A DNA stretch of 64,000 nt from Trichoplax adhaerens (lineage: Eukaryota > Animalia > Placozoa): positions 4,932,267-4,996,266 of the forward strand of contig NW_002060947.1 in NCBI RefSeq assembly GCF_000150275.1, read 5' to 3'. This document shows, piece after piece, positions 1-14,900 of the stretch. Numbering within the stretch: the first letter of the stretch is position 1; each line of letters begins with the position of its first letter. The notes under the pieces are model-generated. The model was not told the DNA's origin. It worked only from the letters and a program-made list of their open reading frames with translations, and did no database searches. A program made the translations under genes and the position numbers.

Positions 1-3000
1 TATTATCTCGAACACTTCATTTAAATTCCACTTCGGTTTTGACATCATTCCTATTCGACGCCATATTATGATATTAAGTAATACTGTAAGCTCAACAGTG
101 AATTACTGGAGGTAGACTAGATATTTTCAGTAAGAACCTTTCATGGCATTTATTCCTATATCCAAAGCATCCTCAGGATTAGAGGAAAGGATGCAATTTT
201 CTAGTCTTTCTATTAGTGGTGAATTTTCATTTTTACTTTTCTTATCGTAATATTCTATATCTGATAAACCAGCCTAAAGAATAAAATAATACAAGAATGC
301 AACATTATTGACATTGCAAGATTTACCTTGAAAGATTTTGGTTTACGTTTACCATTTTATGCAAGGCGTTAATATTTTCTGCATTATTTGAATATCTCGC
401 ACAAGTCATGACAAGCCATGGTTTTGAATTAGTTAATTGATTCAACATTTGAATCGCCAAATCCCTATGAAGACAGATGTTAAAGCTTAGTAATAACTGT
501 ATTCTAATAAATAGTATTCTGTAATCTAGTAAATATCACACTGCCGTCATACCATTTCTTTAATTTTTCACACTTTCTAGCTAGCAGCCTTGCAGCAATC
601 TCAAAACATTCATATGAGCAACGTTCTTTTAAGACTATTCCAATGCTGACAGCCAATTCTAATTCATTACCCATAATCAATCTTGACATAGCCAACTACA
701 AACAGGGAAGCATTACAAATTCCGATATTTAGTCATGCTGTAGCAGCTTTTTTAGTCTCAAGATACTTTTCACTTACGTCATACTGATCATTCGATAGAT
801 GGCAATTCGCTGCCATAACCGGCCGGCCGCTGGTAAAGTATCTGTTTGCAAGTAGATTTACAGTATCGTCCAGCAACCTACGTACCACATTCAATAAAAT
901 TTATATCAGATGTAGCCAAATAACAACGTCTCAATAAGTACAAAAATCCTGCATGTCGCCAAATTACTTTTTAAAGGGAGAACTCTTAGTTTTAAGACTT
1001 GGAAGGTGTTTTGCAGCTGTTGCAATAGCAGATTCATCGTAATTTACGGGGTCAGCTTGCGCTATTTGAGCTATTAGAACCGCTTCATGCAGCCTTGCTT
1101 TACTTTTTAATAATGTAATCAGCTACATAGTAATATAATTTTATATCGAATACAGTCATTTAGGTACTACATCATAAGCATGATTACATTAAATATATAC
1201 GTAATACGATTTAGTACTGATGATAAAAAACATACATTTTCATAATTTCTGGTAGCAATAAAGTATGGTACACAATCCTCGGAGTCCTCACTGGCAAGAT
1301 ATTTAGCGTGTCTAGTTAAATGAAATATAGCGTTGGTTAATAAATACATGCAAAAAGTACTATGGACTGAAACATGCCGAAAATTCTATATGCCCGCATA
1401 TTTACCTTTCCGCAAGATTTTTCCAGAAGGTAAGTGATACTGAAGGAGCTACTGCTAAAGCTTTATCCCACTTTATGAATAATAAGCGAGATTTTAAAAT
1501 TATCAAAAACCTTTGCTTTACTATGGAAACATGAATGGACTGAAAATAGCATAAAATATCATTTCATCACATTACCTCTCCTATCTCGATTAATAATTCA
1601 CAATATTTTTGTGTGTGACCAAGCTGTAAGTATAGAGCTGCAGCTTTCCGTAATTTCTCTTCCTTACTAGTATTACCAATACCCCCGCTAAATTTTGACA
1701 TCTTGGTAGATTCCAGCTCTTGAGCTTGCGACTAAGCAGGTGATAATAAGTACGGAAAAAAATTCAGCGAAATCACTAAATCGTTTAATAATTATAAAGT
1801 TAGGAGTAAGGAAATATTTTTATTGGCACGATATTCGTTAATCATTGCCTATTGCAGTACTTATCATCAGCTTAAAAGTTAGCTAAGTAAGCCCACTCTA
1901 TGCTTTGCCATATCATACATACAACAATGATTAAATAAAGGCTTACGATTTTATATTTTGAAATATGTTTGACGTGCATAATCCCTTCGCTGTAATCCGT
2001 GGGTAGTAATGAATCGTTATCTTTTAGTATCACATCCAGGAGAGTCCAACAGTTATTGACACCAATGGGTGGCTAAGAAAATTGATTTTAGTTACAAATA
2101 TTATTAATTCTAGTTCACAAATGATATTAAAAAAGGTTTTACAAACAATTCAAATTCTATTTTTTTAGTTACACAACAGTAACTATAACTGACCAGGAGA
2201 AATTCCGAAAATGACCGCAATTTCATATCTTGGACGTTAGTGTCGTTCCCAAAGTTAGCACGTAGAAGTCTCGATATCGGTCCACAAAGTATAATCTCAT
2301 GTTCAGCCACCATTGCATCATCTTAAAGCAGAAAAAAGTGTAGAATACATAAAATTAATAACGATTTCAGTCAATCAGGTAAATTAGTATTCACCATACC
2401 GGCGGTGCCCAATATTTCATTCCAGGGTCTTTTCGCTAATAAAGACGTATAGATGCGACTGGAAAATGATGATAAATGCCAGATTCTTAATGTAGAATCT
2501 CGAGAGCAAGATGCCAACGTGAAGGGCCGAAGAGGATGGATACTAAGACCTAATAAGTATTCGTTGAAGGTTTATATTTAAATCTGAAAAGTCAATCATT
2601 AACTATGAAATGGAATCAAAATTGTTTGTATCCGAGACAAATTTAAGAAAGAAAATCAATTTTGTAAGTTAAAATTAATTGTATTAACAACAACTATACC
2701 GTAGACATCGGCTCCATGATCAAGGATGGTTTCTATACATGCACCATCCCTAAACATTTGATATAAATGTCTTAAGTTACGCTATATCATGGCAGCCCTT
2801 TAGCATCAAAAATTGAGTGATACTAAAGGGATTCTACTTACCTAATGTCCCAGATCCTTATAGTACTATCCCAGCTACCGGAAATTAGGAGAAATGGAAT
2901 TTCCGGATGCCAAATTAGCCCACGGACAGGGGCTGTATGACCTTTGAGAGCGATAACACATGAATCCTGCAGGAACAGTAATAAAGGCAATTAGATAACA

Positions 3001-6000
3001 AGCAGTATATGGTTAATTATTGTAATGAGTGCTTTATGTACCTGTGTATAATTCCAAATACGAACAGTACTATGGTATGAAATAAAGACGATAGAAAAAT
3101 TATATCACTAACCATTAGTAACCATTGCAAAGAATCACTTAAATAACGCTAAGATTAATAAATTTACCCATCATCAGATCCACTACATAACAGCCCCTCA
3201 CGTAATGGAGACCAACGAACATGGAATACCTTGGCTGTATGACCTATAGTTGAATATATAAAAATATTCTTAAAAGAAATACAAAAGTATCACGAATCTT
3301 TATAAAATTGTTAATATCACTAATTCTTAGATTTAAACAACGAAATTTGCCTACCAGAAAAAGTTTTCAGCGGTGTATCAGAATTCGTAGTTAAGATAAA
3401 TACTCTTATTCGTTTGTCATCACAACCCGTAGCGATCATGTCCCTAATTTTCATATTCCATAATTAATCTTTTCACGCGTCAATAAAATTTCAAATAATC
3501 AAATTGTAAAAATGAAACATTACTTATTAGTAGGGCTCCAATCACATCCAAAAACAAAACCTGGGTGCTTAAATTTCGCGATGATTTGACCATCGGCATG
3601 ATGAATGATACTATTGGTTAAGAATGATGTAACACAGTTAAGAAGTAAAAATGGGAACATAAAAGCGACATATCTGATAGAAGAGAATATGTATAATACC
3701 AACCAGTTGCCATCAGCCCCACAGGTTGCAATCTTTCTTGAATCTTTTTGATTCCACGAAACACAATAAACAGCGTTCTTCCCATGCTAAGAATGATTAT
3801 ACAATAGAACCAAGACAGTTAAGAAATAATTATCACAAAATATACAGGTCAATGTTCATTTGGAGAAGAAATCACCTCTGTAAATCTTCTGATCACTTTA
3901 ACTTTATCTACATCCCAAATGAATGCACCACCTTTAGCAGTAGATGCTGCTAAACAGTTTAGGTCGGCTAAAATAAATCAAAAATTAATGCAGTTTTAAA
4001 ACTAAAGAGATGATGTAACACAAGTATAATGATTCTCGAATATGGTAATTTACCTGGGGCCCATGAAACTGAATAGATGATACCCTTGTTTCCGGGAGAA
4101 GCATATTTCTATGAAGGAAAGAAAATAAACAAATGCAATGTCGAAAATTTTAGATATCACAGCACATTCTATTATGGCTAGTACATAGTCGTTATAAATT
4201 AGCCCTACTGATTAGTTGATATTATATTAGCACGTACAGCAGTCATAGTGTTGATATCCCACACTTTAATAGTTCCATCGAAAGATGCAGTTGCAAGTAA
4301 ACTTGGATTAGTTGGTTTAAACTTGCAGTCGAAAATTGTCTCTATGTGGCCCTTTTATGACATAACCAAATACAGATTTTAGTACTGAAAATAGTATTCA
4401 CCATAAAATATCAATCACTAGCAAGCCATACAGTAAATTGCCTTAATATCCAAAAGGTAGTTAATTTGTGCTTACCAAATCTCTTAGAAATTCCCACCTT
4501 CGTTGCTGCAAACTGTACAGACCAACACCGCCATCAGCAAAAGTACAGACTATTCGTGCAGGAGGTAAGGCAACACTACCATTAGATTTCGTAGGTGAGC
4601 TCGGTGCTTCTTCTTGTTTTTCTTGATAAGGCGTATCCAAAACAGATAATTCATGAAACCCAACAGTAATTTTAACAGTAATATTTTCAATAGGACTCTG
4701 TCTAGAAACGTTCCAAATTCGCATAACGCCTGACTCAGTATCTAAAATAGACATTAAATGATTTTTGTAATCACGGTTATTTTGTACCAAGTTCTTGGAC
4801 TGCATATAACCAAATGCAATACTTTATACATTATAATTCGTAAAAGTTTTCATATTTTTATTAACTGGCACATCTACTACAGAAGTATAAATGGAGTAGA
4901 TTACGAACAATATCGGACGGATTCTTTTGCAAAATATTTTTTACATTTTTATATGTTTAATTTTTTCAGTTTAAACAGCATTATACGCTATCATGTCCTA
5001 AAACATAAATAAGAAAATAGTACGAAAATACAACCAATTTCCAGTTTTACCTCCTGTAACAAACATTCCTGGAGCATTTTTTAGCCAAGCTAGCGTATGA
5101 ATATGTGCTGAGGAACTTGGAAGCTTGAATTGCATCAGTACTGTCAACGAACGTGAGTCAATCAGTCTAGCACCAGTAATAGCGTTAGCAACAAGCAAAT
5201 AGTCATCGGAAAGGACATCCCATTCCACAGATATTACCATATTTTCGGCACTCTCTTGAGTACTTTCTGGCATTAAACAATTCTTTTGGCACTTTCTTGA
5301 CTGATAGAAAAATGATAATGATCCATTAAAGTGGCCAAATGCTAAGGTATTTTTTAAATGGTTATGCCAACGAAAATGGGTTATCCTTGATACAAAATTA
5401 CTATCTTTGTTAAAAATAACTGGGTAATTAGATGGACAGCTGCAATCCCATCGCATAAACGATCCCGAATTAAGAGCTATCGTGACGATATTCTTGTCGT
5501 GTGGATTCCAGGCAATCACAGCTGGTAGAGCACTTCCTTTTAGTTCTACATTAGCAACGATACTTTTACTTGCTACGTTCCAGATATAGAGCGTACGATC
5601 AGTACTACAGCTGGCAATAATATCTGGGTCGCGTGGATTCCATGCAATAGATGTAATCGTCTTTTTATGTTCAGACATAATAGAACATAACATATATTCA
5701 TTGTATTGCTGATTTAGCTATAAATATAGAAAAAAGAAAAGATAATTAGATTCTCGTATTACAGCTATCCGAACCTAACCAATCTCTTCAAATATAATTT
5801 ATTTAGGGAAGAAAGTTAGATATTTACTTTGGGAGCATAATATTATATATATATATACTTTCTTAACGTTCAATTAATTCCATACTACATGAAATATCGA
5901 TTTTTTAAAAGATAGAGGAAGTCGTTGCCTGCATAGTTTAAATAATTCAACTGCATGGTACTCGTGCATCGTTGATGTGGTCAAGATACATGAGTACATT

Positions 6001-9000
6001 CTTTGCTTGTTTTTAGTACATTTTAAGGAAGTTGACTGATATTGAAGGCTCATAAAATTGTAAATTGCAGAATGAGGGTTAGCTGTTATATTATTCGTCC
6101 TGTATTTTCAGTGGTCTTTGTTCCAGAATATTGCATATTGAGATTATGAAAGGCAGAACGCCTTTTTGTCTTCTTATTATAACAATAAAGGAATTATTAA
6201 ATCGTATGTTTAAAAACTTTTGCCGTCAGTTTCGAGTTTCTCGGGTCTTAGCATTAATATATAACTTTTATGTATTGGAAAGAATACATTACAGGAATTT
6301 AATTCATTTAATTAAAGCCAATTAATAGAAAATAGCCAAACCAAGATAATAAAGGGAAAGGTTTACATGTACCTATGCTTAAATGTAACGTTTATGCAGC
6401 AGTTAAGCTTGGTTAGTCTATTATAAAGACCATCATGAGGTACTATCTCATAACCATCGTAGATGTAGCAACATATTTAATAAGGGAGTTACTAATAAAA
6501 GAGGATATCGGAAGCTCGATTAGCAATAGGGTACAATCATCATTATAATTCATTCCCAGGGAAAAAACACTTTGTTTCCAATAGTGGTAGCGACAATAGA
6601 AAATAATCGTAATTATCCAAACTCAAGTCTTGCTACTATCGCTAGTATTGAAACTTACATTTCACTCAACGAGTATACAACATCTGATGCAGCAGCAAAA
6701 GTATGAAAGGCAACAAAATTGGCTAGAGATTGTAATTGAAATGATCATTATCCTTTTTTTTGCTACAGTTCTTATCCGGAAGAGAGTATAATATGCAGTA
6801 CTATGATAAAACTACTTAAAAGAAGAATGACCAGGAAAAGGGCATAATCGAATTTAAGTAATCTATCTCGGAAAGAAACGGAAACTGTTACTGTACCATA
6901 ACGCAAAAATGTATGCATAGGTTGTATGCGAGTTTACTCAAAATTTTTAGCTGGAATATTAAGTTTTGATTGCGGCGAGGTGGCATTCTTATAAGATTAT
7001 TCTTAACATATTGTATGTAATACATACGTAGAAAAGCATCCATATCTACATTTATATTTTATTGTATTGTAAAGGAATAACAGATAAAAAAATGCTGTCG
7101 TTGCTCTATTAAATTATTAATAAATAGTTCCATTGGCTCGAGTACTCTCTGCCACGACGCGGTAAAGGTTTTAAGAAAATAGATCACAATCTTACGAAAC
7201 AAGTATACAAGAATTATTTTTTTTTCCCCATATGTATTATGAGTTTAGAATACGTATATGAATGAAGACTACTATCTGATATGAAAAAATAATGCTGCTC
7301 GAAATGCTTGATATATACTGTCTGTAGCAATCTCTATCCACGTATAACAAGGGGAGAATCGAAGATGTTCACGACGAGATATATCATTGGGAGAGGAAAA
7401 AATTAACTCTTGCATATTTAATGGGTATTTGTTATTTTGACTTATTAATTCAATTCAAGTTAAACACAGAAATGGTGATCAGTCCAGAGTAGTGTTTGCA
7501 TTATAATCACAGATCCACATTTCAAATCATTTTAATAGCAAGTATATTGACAATCGTTGGTAATGCTAATAGATCAAAATTGACTTTCTGACCGTATGTA
7601 CTACAAGGTAAAGTACAGTATAAGAGATATATTTAATTCTTCTCAATTCAAATGAATCGGTAATGAATATACAGTAACATCTAATTTTATACTAGTATTT
7701 ATTATAAAGTAAATAGTACATGATAGTCTGGTTTGGCGTAGTAGAGAGCAACTTTGGACTTTTCTTATCGAAAAATTATAGCAGTAATTTTCCCATTTTA
7801 AATTCATAGATAGATCGTATCATTTGACCCTGTGCTTATAATCATAAGATATACTGTAAGAGGTTAACTGTTAACTCTAAAAATAAAGTACCCTATTCTT
7901 AGATAAAATATATTGGAAAGGTACTAACGACATTAGATCATGCAATCCATCATACTTCAACGTCAATTCGCATCTTTTTCGAAATCATGGCAAGTATTTA
8001 CTGAACTAGCAGTTATAGCGGCCCGAGTTAGGATTTGAACGATATTCAGTGCAATAAAATAATCATACCATTATTTAATCAGTTGTATTTTAGAAGAACG
8101 TCACATATACTGCTGAATTATTTTATTACTCTCTCACCGACTACAGTACAAAGAGTGCATTTATCAAAGTCTAATAAGATTGATTGTGCATTATAGTGTC
8201 TGACACATTGATTAAGTTGATAACAATATTTTACCATGAAAGTTGCCAGCTTACTTCATCACGATAAGATGACGGGATATATTTAATAATTACGCGTAGA
8301 TCCAGATAGAAGATGCTTACTGTGATACGTCAAATGATTACTATACATTACAGTATCAACCGTGAGCGACAAAGCAAAATGGAGAACTATCTTTCATGTC
8401 TTTGCTTGACAAGTACTGTAATTATTTTCGCGTTTTGCTAAAATATCACTGTCTATCCGTAATATTTGTCAAAGCTGTGCAATATATTGTACATGCATCG
8501 ACATGGATCGATAGCGGTTGATCTGTTAACTCCTGCATCATAGTTTAATGAATGTATTACAGACAACATGATCAGTGAATCTCTGATCGCTTGTCTAAAA
8601 TAATAATTAACTAGGCCGCTTGTTTAGGTTAACTACAGTAAATCGTGCACTCTAAGGAAATTTAAGCGATAAAAAGGTTATAAAATGAAATATTATCCGA
8701 TTAATACTATACAAAGGCGTAGCCCAATGTTCGATAAAGTGCAACGTGGATGGCTTTGATCCGTGTCATGTATTGGACCACAACGCATAAAAATATCGAT
8801 ATTTCCTGAAGATCGACGTATTTCAGTGGATAAATTGCTATTTCATTTTCGGAGTGAAATTCTACTAATACTCTAATACACTCTATGAATTACACGATAT
8901 AAGCATATCCTCTTAATCGGAGTTCATTCATGATATTCACTCATTTGTGCCAAAATCATGTAAACAAATGCGATGAGTACAGCAGATCGAATTCCATTAC

Positions 9001-9668
9001 AACTACCGTAAACGGTTGTTTCCATCACTAAGCAGGCTTGAACACTAATAACAGACTGTATGTTGGCGTTTGCCTGAACATATCCTATTCTACGCCATAT
9101 TTCATCTGTTTTTACACATGCTGCATCATATTTATATCAGTGATTGATTCATTATGAAATAAGTTGAAAAAGGATCAATAGAGATTTTAGCGGGGTGTTA
9201 TGGATACGTTCTGTGGCCTTTTGTCGACTTTTCCGTCAATATCATAAATAAGAGTGAAACAGGCAGTGAATACAAGCGATCTACCCCCATTTATTGGCAA
9301 GCATTTCGTTTGTTCGGTTATGATTGTCAAAATTGAAATTTAGAAATGAGGAATGATTTTTACGATTGTACGCGTTTGCATCTAGCGATTGATTATGTTT
9401 CTACGCGTTTCAGTTGAGCACGTAGAAGGGTGGCAAATTACTGAAGAGAACGATCGTTAATTACCGTTAATTGACTTAACCAAAATAGTACATTTATAAA
9501 GATAACTTAATCGATGATCAAGATAGTTAATTTCATTTGCAGTCAACTTACCTCGTAAATATAGATTGCAAGGGTTGCACAATAAGCAAAGCGATTGCCA
9601 CTTGCTGAGCAAACATCACGATTCCATGGTTGGCAACCGGCCGCCAAAAGACCGACTTGTCTAGCCAT
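1..9668 (-). CDS. WDR17: WD repeat-containing protein 17; about 25 exons in window, 3' end beyond the left edge
   Basis: Exon 1 (9552-9668) encodes MARQVGLLAAGCQPWNRDVCSASGNRFAYCATLAIYIYE followed by gtaagt, matching the WDR17 N-terminus. Exon 2 (5051-5717) gives SIMSEHKKTITSIAW...APGMFVTG. Later exons give GHIETIFDCKFKP, ATASFDGTIKVWD, GHTAKVFHVRWSPLREG, SGSWDSTIRIWD, DHGADVYGL and WDKALAVAP. Phases are consistent across GT-AG introns down to the exon at 1-50. Confidence 0.95.
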
Positions 9669-9924
9669 GATGATGGTAGTATAGGTTTAACGGATTCAAT
9701 GGATAATAGGGCGAAGAAGATGCAAGGAAGTAGCTAGTCGTTAATCTCGGCTAGAATAAGGCTTGGAATAGAATACTTTACTAAATGAAGCAATCCGCCA
9801 CTTAAGACAGTAATGGACATCGCATGATTGGGATATTAGCCTCCAAATTAGAAGTATTCTATTACAATATGGACGTTGTGGGGAGGACTTGTAGGCGTTC
9901 GTTGTTAGGGAAAACGCGCTACAC

Positions 9925-10062
9925 GGCTACAGTACCGCACCGCTTTCCAGAATCGGTACTGTACTGTACCGTACCGTGCTGTACCGTACCGGATTGTAAA
10001 CATTACAGTGTACAATCCACAGCAGACCTCTTCTACAGTACTGTACTGTACACTGTACCGTA
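9925..10062. repeat. (TACTG/TACCG)n pentamer cluster upstream of WDR17
   Basis: cggtactgtactgtaccgtaccgtgctgtaccgtaccg and gtactgtactgtacactgtaccgta, 260-390 bp upstream of the WDR17 ATG. Confidence 0.8.
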
Positions 10063-10789
10063 AAGGACTGTAACGAGCAGCACGTAAAACCATTGGGTTA
10101 ATCATGGGATTAATTAATTAATTAATTCATTTTCATCTTCTGATTTGGAAGGCTTGATGCCGGCTGTATCATTCATTGAACATTGGATCGCTGAAAAAAA
10201 TCTTTGCTTTACTTGTGCAGTTGTAAACGAGTCTCAAGTCTACTGTTTACGGTAACTGGCTGCAGTCTGTTTTCATTTATATTGACGATTAATTAATCAA
10301 TCAAGGATTCCTTGGAAGAACAGAAAAACTGCATGACTAGCATACGCAGACTTAAGACAGTATGCTGAAATAGACACAAACTACTTGAGGACAATATAGA
10401 TTACTATCAGTGTATCCTTTATTTAGTTTATTTAGTTCGTTAGTGCATTTATTATTTCATTCATTTTCTTTTTAAGCGATCATCCACCATCAAAAAAAAA
10501 AATGACATTATCACTAGCCAAATAGAACATTGGTACAAAGTATTTCTCGAGTCTTGGTACTGCTTTAGAACTTCTATTGATATTGACGTACCAACCATCA
10601 TACGAGTATATCAATACGGATTGGTAATACTTATTGTATCTTTCAACACATTTCTTCTGTAATAAAACTAATTTCAAAATCGAATTTAAATTTGAATTGA
10701 TGTGATGATCACTGCTTCTTGTTTGGCTATCCTGATACAGTACTGTACACTCTGCTGTACAATTAGCATACATATCTGTGTAAAATAGA

Positions 10790-11620
10790 GATGTCCTGCG
10801 TTACCACGGCATACGGAACGCATGTTAACGTACAGTTTTACTACGACACATGTTGTAGACATTGTTGCACAGAGCAAGTTAACCTTCAAGTTGCCGGTAA
10901 AACACCTGACGAGATTAAAACGATGCCGATGTACTGTACAGTCAGGGACTACTGAAGCAAGAAGGGTAAACATTTTTACTTGAGTAGTCCCTGGCAAAGT
11001 AGGCTGTCAGTAACTGTAGTGACAGCAGTTTTAACTAAGAGTAAGTAGAACTAAGTTGGCCTTTACATAAAGCCTTAGTCTAATTAAACGCTGCGCTTGA
11101 GGTTCACATTAGTACAGTACAATCCCTAATTGCAATAAACCGGTGCAAGTAAACTTCCAAAACAATCAACTGCCGGAATTTGGCAAAATCACTTTTTAGA
11201 CCGTTGGAATTTAGAGCTTCCTTTTTTGTCGAACTGGGATCCTGTATCTACTATAATATAATCTAGTCCTAGATCAAGTGTGATTTTTCGACTTCTTTGC
11301 ACAATTACTACTTCTAGATGTACACACACAGTATTTTGTCCTTTATTTTAGCTACAACTCGTAGCGATGTTCTATCCGTCCGGCCTGGTAACAGATCCAG
11401 AACTGCCTTCTATCATAGTATGTTTCTTGCATGGCTACTTCAGCCAATATGAGCGTAGCTTTCATGTGTGCTTAATTCCCTAGAGCTTATACTGTGATAT
11501 TCTACCACACATTGATCCTGACTCGAACTACTAATGCCACAGAGGCAAAAGTAGGGACGACATAAGTAAAAAAATGACATTTTTCCAGTACTTGAGCGCC
11601 ATAGTCCTCTGGCAAAAGCG
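10790..11620 (+). ncRNA. Candidate structured non-coding RNA, locus 1 (unassigned family)
   Basis: Chain of hairpins found by eye, e.g. 10941-10995 gtcagggactact/agtagtccctggc, 11003-11026, 11171-11185, 11228-11292, 11433-11460. Most imperfect pairs are G-U on +. No recognisable protein. Shares hairpin-arm sequence with 58864-59082. Confidence 0.3.
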
Positions 11621-11639
11621 TTGCCGGCAGAAATTCAAC

Positions 11640-11880
11640 CTACAGTACAGTACAGTACAGTAAAAGTGCAGTACTAAGTACTGTACAGTGTGCATTTTAC
11701 AGTACTGTATAAAAGCTCTTATACAGTACAGGACGTACTGTACTATACAGTGTCAGTGTACTGTACAGTGTTAGTGGATTTACAGCTACAGTACTATACA
11801 AGGAAAACGCTCATTTGTACCGGACTTTCACGGTACCGTACTCGTACTCGGACATCGGACATCGGGACGGTACAGTATAA
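11640..11880. repeat. (TACAG)n pentamer cluster upstream of TMEM185
   Basis: tacagtacagtacagtacagta at 11641-11662 plus many dispersed tacagta/tactgta/cggtac units up to about 80 bp before the TMEM185 ATG. Confidence 0.8.
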
Positions 11881-11956
11881 TACTCACTACGCGACAACCT
11901 AGCCATTAATTATTGGGTAATCAATAGAACTCAGAGTACGAGTATTACGTCCACCA

Positions 11957-14900
11957 ATGGACTTGAAAATCCTCTTCGTCAATTGCAATTTAAGGTACCA
12001 AGTCTGAATTTGCTATTCATTTAAATTGCCTCAAATCAACCTTAGAGTAATATCATTATCAAGTGCTGTACAACAACTTTATTTAGTAAACTAATTGTGG
12101 ATTCTATATCTTTACTTTTGCTAGTAAATTGGCAGTTTTCTCCTTATTATTTTTATTTTCCCTATTGTTATCCTTTCGATTGGATGAAACGATTGAATGG
12201 AGCTATTGGGTAGTATTTTTCCCTCTATGGCTATGGAAAACTCTCGCCATTGTAGGCGCTATGACCGGGATTGCTGTCTGGTGCAAGCAGCCTAATCATA
12301 GGTAAAATGAAGCTTACCCCTTATTGCCTAGAAGATTAGGAATGAATGACTGTTTTGTTATAAACCTTTTAGAGATTTAAGATGGACAGTGTCCATGATG
12401 ACAGTTCAAGTTTTAAAATTTTATACCATTGGAATAACATATCAGCATGACTACGTCCCCAGTACACTTCCAAGGGCTATACTTAATAAATCATCGAGTT
12501 TCTACATCCCTAACATGTACTGTGATAAAATAATAGCAACAGATTAAGATACTTCCATAAAACCTACAATATACCGGTCATCTATGCCACCGGCTTCTTC
12601 TTTCAGAGAATTTTTCCTACTATTAAAACAGTAAAGATCACATGCACTACTGTGTGCACTATTCACAATAAAGTTTACACTTTTATCTTACAGATAACCC
12701 TAAATCGCGCGATGATAATATTTAATCCAATATCTTCGACGTAGAGTCCATCATACTTGTATATATACGCGTATACGGAGTATGTATTCCAGTCTAGTTG
12801 ATGTAAAATTGATCACCCTCCAGGGTGCTATTGCAATTATCAGGATTCTTAGTTGAATTAACTACGAGACAAGTCTAGATATCATTTCTTGATTGTTGTT
12901 GGCATACAAATCATATGAAAGTAGTACAAAATAATCTTTATTTTGTTGTTTAAAGCATATCGTATTCGGTACTGTAGTTATATTATTGGACTTGAAACAT
13001 GTATTCCACTCAAAAAATATCATAGTCAGTGCGGCGCGATATGCCTGAGTTGCCTGTATACAATAGATAATAATTAAGTATTATTTATTGCTTTCGGCTA
13101 ATATCTACCCATCTTCTAGCTTGTGTCTAATGAGTACGTACAGTAACACTCGTACTTTATTTATTTGTGGATATATCAGTACAATATACGCGTATAGTGC
13201 GATTAAGAATTGGTGATCGTCACAAAATGTGACTTCGCCAAGCCTACAACTACCCAACTGTACAGTATTATAGAAGATGGCTGGCACTAGATTTCACATA
13301 AACTGCCAAAGTTTTACAGCTACAAATGATCCTATCAAATAGGCCTGAGAATGCGCAGATTGCTATTACAGTATATAGGTCAGCGTTGTGCTACATACCG
13401 ATTTCATACACCAAATCTTGAACGAAAAATTTCCGTAATGTGAATACGTATGATGAAGGTTAGGCAATCAGTTCATACACGTATGATGTGATCAATATTG
13501 TCTCGCTCTGATTAAGTTTTAGCTTTAGCATCCGCCATTTTATTACTACAGAATTATTGCACTCGCTTTTATGAAATAGCAAATACAATAATGCCTTAAT
13601 TGCCAACTTCTTACCATGTATTGATTATTATACCTATGTTGATACAATTGTACGTCAACTACCAAATTAAAAAGAAATCATGCTGTAGGTGCTTGCACTT
13701 GGCAACGCATCTTGTGATACACTTATAGGGAATTTTATATTATCATGAAAGTATTACAAGAATTATGTCCGGTTACTGCCATTTAGTAAATCCTAGAATA
13801 TTGTTGCTATCATGTGGGATTGATGTACGGTAGTGAACATCAAAGTTAACGATAAGAATTTTTAATCCATTCATTTCAGCGCGGAAGATCGAGTACTATT
13901 CAAGTCTATGCTAATATCATTCTTCTTTATAATGGACCTCTTTGCATTTGAATTAATGCTGTGTGCTAATTTATCTGGAGCTGAAATTCCATTTCGAATT
14001 GTATTCATACCACTATTTTTAATCTCGCCTCTTGGAATTCTGGCTTGTATATGGGCATTTCGCAACGAAAGATCAATAGAAGTAATTGCACAAATATTAC
14101 TCGCACCTTTCCATTTGTTTATGTATAACTGGTACAGTACTCAATTGAAAAGTTAACTTTTTAACATTAGTTATCATACTTCTACTTTTGTACGTATTCA
14201 ACGTAAATTGATTGAATTAATCTTTATGTTTCACACTTAATTTCTAGTTTGAAACCTTGGTTGTCATCAACATTTTACAGTACATATTCCTAGCTTTGCA
14301 ATTGGATGGGATCATCGATTGGCATTGGGTGGTATGTAGTATTTGATTAATCGATGAAATATAAATAAACGATGCTAGCTAAAATCAGGTTACTATACCT
14401 GAAAATGAATTAGTTTTAAATGTTAAATTATCGGATAAATTTAAAACTGTGCTATTTTCTCACTTAAATACATGTAAATTGTATTCCATGTCGTTAACTA
14501 TCATTGAAGTTATCAATAAATGGTATTATCACATAGCGAGCGACATTATCATGATTATGATCCACTAATTCTATATTTATATTGTAGCATGTCTTCATTC
14601 CTCTTTGGATAGTTCTGGGCATGTTTGGGCTTGTTATCATCTATTACATCATATGGTCTATCATATATTTACGGTCAGGAAGCATGGGCGATGAGCAAAG
14701 AAAATACTATGTCTACTCTTCCATGTTAGCTACTGTGGCTTGGGCTTCGCTGCTAGCGTTCCAGGTACACTCACACACAAAATCTCCAAACAATGTTATT
14801 CACTTTGCACTTAACGTGATACTGATTTACTTATACTCGTCCAAATAGCAGCTTATTATTTTACATTAACTTTATAAAGGTTACATTAATACTAATTATC

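Noticed and set aside
8020-8041. tRNA T-loop / B-box-like gttcaaatcc on -
   Set aside because: No T-stem, cloverleaf or A box.
9820-9896. ZNF143/SBS-like sites upstream of WDR17 (also near 11116-11134)
   Set aside because: Only degenerate matches, which cannot be told from chance without a PWM scan.
9824-10105. ORFs rich in YSTV/TVLY/CTV (also 11690-11902, 17635-17820, 18007-18327, 58348-58626)
   Set aside because: Translations of TACAG/TACTG repeats with no protein-family signal.
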